A stretch of 64,000 bases of DNA from Balanoglossus misakiensis. Lineage: Eukaryota; Animalia; Hemichordata. Both the position numbers and the translations under genes were made by a program. Each line of letters begins with the position of its first letter. Position 1 is the stretch's first letter. The DNA is taken from NCBI GenBank assembly GCA_040954595.2, contig CM082581.2, positions 1,790,699 to 1,854,698 of the forward strand, in the 5' to 3' direction. The notes below the pieces were generated by a model. That model was not told where the DNA came from, made no database searches, and worked only from the letters and a program-made list of their open reading frames with translations. Shown in pieces: positions 60,401 through 64,000 of this stretch.

Positions 60401-63400
60401 GGGGGCAGAGAGTAAACTTTGTTGCCGCCATTCCTGGCAGGGGAGAAATGATGGCAGAGAATTTATTGCCGCCATTATTGGGAGGGAAGAAATGAGAGCA
60501 GAGAATTTGTTGCCGCCATTCACGGGAGGGGAGAAATGTTGGCAGGGAATTTATTGCCGCCATCCTTGGGAGGGGAGAAATGAGAGCAGAGAATTTGTTG
60601 CCGCCATTCTTGGAAGGGGATAAATAACGGTTGAGAATGTGTTGCCGCCATTCACGGGAGGGGAGAAATGATGGCAGAGAGTTTGTTGCCGCCATTCTTG
60701 GGAGAGGAGAAATGATGGCAGAGAGTTTGTTGCCGCCATCCTCGGGAGGGGAGAAATGATGGCAGAGAATGTATTGCCGCCATTCTTGGCAGGGGAGAAA
60801 TGATGGCAGAGAGTTTGTTGCCGCCATTCTCGGGAGGGGAGAAATGAGGGCAGTTAATGTATTGCCGCCATTCTTGGGAGGGGAGAAATGAGAGCAGAGA
60901 ATGTATTGCCGCCATCCTTGGGAGGGGAGAAACGATGGCAGAGAATTTATGCTGCCATTCTTGGGAGGGGAGAAATGATGGCAGAGAATTTATTGCCGCC
61001 ATTATTGGGAGGGGAGAAATGAGAGCAGAGAATTTGTTGCCGCCATTTGGGAGGGGATAAATAACGGTTGAGAATGTGTTGCCGCCATTCAAGGGAGGGG
61101 AGAAATGATGGCAGAGAGTTTGTTGCCGCCATTCTTGGGAGAGGAGAAATGATGGCAGAGAGTTTGTTGCCGCCATTCTCGGGAGGGGAGAAATGATGGC
61201 AGAGAAAGTATTGCCGCCATTCTTTGCAGGGGATAAATAACGGCTGAGAATTTGTTGCTGCCATTCACGGGAGGGGAGAAATGTTGGCAGGGAATTTATT
61301 GCCGCCATCCTTGTGAGGGGAGAAATGATGTCAGTGAATTTATTGCCGCCATCCTTGGGAGGGGAGAAACGATGGCAGAGAATTTATTGCCGCCATTATT
61401 TGGAGGGGAGAAATGAAAGCAGAGAATTTGTTGCCGCCATTCTTGGGAGGGGATAAATAACGGCTGAGAATTTGTTGCCGCCATTCACGGGAGGGGAGAA
61501 ATGTTGGAAGGGAATTTATTGCCGCCATCCTTGTGAGGGGAGAAATGATGTCAGTGAATTTATTGCCGCCATCCTTGGGAGGGGAGAAACGATGGCAGAG
61601 AGTTTGTTGCCTCCATTCTTGGGAGGGGAGAAATGATGGCAGAGAGTTTGTTGCCGCCATTCTCGGGAGGGGAGAAATGATGGCAGTTAATGTATTGCCG
61701 CCATTCTTGGGAGGGGAGAAATGAGAGCAGAGAATGTATTGCCGCCATCCTTGGGAGGGGAGAAACGATGGCAGAGAATTTATGCTGCCATTCTTGGGAG
61801 GGGAGAAATGATGGCAGAGAGTTTGTTGCCGCCATTCTCGGGAGGGGAGAAATGGGGGCAGAGAGTAAACTTTGTTGCCGCCATTGTCGGGAGGGGAGAA
61901 ATAAGGGCTGAGAGTTTGTTTCTTCCATTCTTGGCAGGGGAGAAATGATGGCAGAGAATTTATTGCCGACATTATTGGGAGGGGAGAAATGAAAGCAGAG
62001 AATTTGTTGCCGCCATTCTTGGGAGGGGATAAATAACGGCTGAGAATTTGTTGCCGCCATTCACGGGAGGGGAGAAATGATGGCAGAGAGTTTGTTGCCG
62101 CCATTCTTGGGAGAGGAGAAATGATGGCAGAGAGTTTGTTGCCGCCATCCTCGGGAGGGGAGAAATGATGGCAGAGAATGTATTGCCGCCATTCTTGGCA
62201 GGGGAGAAATGATGGCAGAGAGTTTGTTGCCGCCATTCTCGGGAGGGGAGAAATGAGGGCAGTTAATGTATTGCCGCCATTCTTGGGAGGGGAGAAATGA
62301 GAGCAGAGAATGTATTGCCGCCATCCTTGGGAGGGGAGAAACGATGGCAGAGAATTTATGCTGCCATTCTTGGGAGGGGAGAAATGATGGCAGAGAATTT
62401 ATTGCCGCCATTATTGGGAGGGGAGAAATGAGAGCAGAGAATTTGTTGCCGCCATTTGGGAGGGGATAAATAACGGTTGAGAATGTGTTGCCGCCATTCA
62501 AGGGAGGGGAGAAATGATGGCAGAGAGTTTGTTGCCGCCATTCTTGGGAGAGGAGAAATGATGGCAGAGAGTTTGTTGCCGCCATTCTCGGGAGGGGAGA
62601 AATGATGGCAGAGAAAGTATTGCCGCCATTCTTTGCAGGGGATAAATAACGGCTGAGAATTTGTTGCTGCCATTCACGGGAGGGGAGAAATGTTGGCAGG
62701 GAATTTATTGCCGCCATCCTTGTGAGGGGAGAAATGATGTCAGTGAATTTATTGCCGCCATCCTTGGGAGGGGAGAAACGATGGCAGAGAATTTATTGCC
62801 GCCATTATTTGGAGGGGAGAAATGAAAGCAGAGAATTTGTTGCCGCCATTCTTGGGAGGGGATAAATAACGGCTGAGAATTTGTTGCCGCCATTCACGGG
62901 AGGGGAGAAATGTTGGAAGGGAATTTATTGCCGCCATCCTTGTGAGGGGAGAAATGATGTCAGTGAATTTATTGCCGCCATCCTTGGGAGGGGAGAAACG
63001 ATGGCAGAGAGTTTGTTGCCTCCATTCTTGGGAGGGGAGAAATGATGGCAGAGAGTTTGTTGCCGCCATTCTCGGGAGGGGAGAAATGATGGCAGTTAAT
63101 GTATTGCCGCCATTCTTGGGAGGGGAGAAATGAGAGCAGAGAATGTATTGCCGCCATCCTTGGGAGGGGAGAAACGATGGCAGAGAATTTATGCTGCCAT
63201 TCTTGGGAGGGGAGAAATGATGGCAGAGAGTTTGTTGCCGCTATTCTCGGGAGGGGAGAAATGGGGGCAGAGAGTAAACTTTGTTGCCGCCATTGTCGGG
63301 AGGGGAGAAATAAGGGCTGAGAGTTTGTTTCTTCCATTCTTGGCAGGGGAGAAATGATGGCAGAGAATTTATTGCCGCCATTATTGGGAGGGGAGAAATG

Positions 63401-64000
63401 AAAGCAGAGAATTTGTTGCCGCCATTCTTGGGAGGGGATAAATAACGGCTGAGAATTTGTTGCCGCCATTCACGGGAGGGGAGAAATGTTGGCAGGGAAT
63501 TTATTGCCGCTATCCTTGGGAGGGAAGAAATTATGTCAGTGAATTTATTGCCGCCATCCTTGGGAGGGGAGAAACGACGGCAGAGAGTTTGTTGCTTCCA
63601 TTCTTGGGAGGGGAGAAATGATGGCAGAGAATTTATTGCCGCCATTATTGGGAGGGGAGAAATGAAAGCAGAGAATTTGTTGCCGCCATTCTTGGGAGGG
63701 GATAAATAACGGCTGAGAATTTGTTGCCGCCATTCACGGGAGGGGAGAAATGTTGGCAGGGAATTTATTGCCATCCTTGGGAGGGGAGAAATGATGGCCG
63801 TGAATTTATTGCCGCCATCCTTGGGAGGGGAGAAATAACGGCTTAGAGTTTGTTGCTTCCATTCTTGGCAGGGGAGAAATGATGGCATAGAATTTATTGC
63901 CGCCATTATTGGGAGGGGGGAAATGAAAGCAAAAAATTTGTTGCCGCCATTCTTGGGAGGGGATAAATAACGGCTGAGAATTTGTTGCCGCCATTCACGG

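Larger units (their letters stand above)
32182..64000 (+). repeat. 44-bp satellite array continued (~720 monomers); runs off the window end
   Basis: Same monomer and orientation as 1620-16288; resumes in register after the LINE tail. Confidence 0.98.

Noticed and set aside
32152-63994. Long satellite ORFs (up to ~300 aa)
   Set aside because: Same reason: chance stop-free runs on the C-rich strand of the repeat.
1620-64000. CRISPR-like array (regular repeats with variable parts)
   Set aside because: No unique spacers; the variable slots reuse a few alleles. No cas genes, and the context is eukaryotic (spliceosomal introns, LINE).

Overview
Eukaryotic (metazoan-type) repetitive DNA. About 47 kb of the window is a 44-bp satellite (consensus GGGAGGGGAGAAATGATGGCAGAGAATTTATTGCCGCCATTCTT) with kb-scale higher-order duplications and a strand inversion around a ~1-kb spacer (618-1619). 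The array is interrupted by a nested insertion. A 5'-truncated L2/CR1-group LINE (16289-32181) is split inside its reverse transcriptase by an apparently intact 13.8-kb DNA transposon (17283-31073). That transposon has TA...TA ends, a 6-bp TSD (GATCTG) and >1-kb TIR arms built of 21/22-bp repeats, which fits the IS3EU type. It carries two convergent genes. One is an intronless IS3/integrase-like DDE transposase (+). The other is a six-exon HECT-type ubiquitin ligase gene (-, 659 aa when spliced by hand) with UBZ-like and SIM-like motifs and an unusually short HECT N-lobe. Both proteins start with a mutually homologous SAM-like domain, which suggests a self-contained transposase/E3-ligase system. 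Almost all other ORFs in the track are translations of repeats. All domain calls are by eye; no database search was run.
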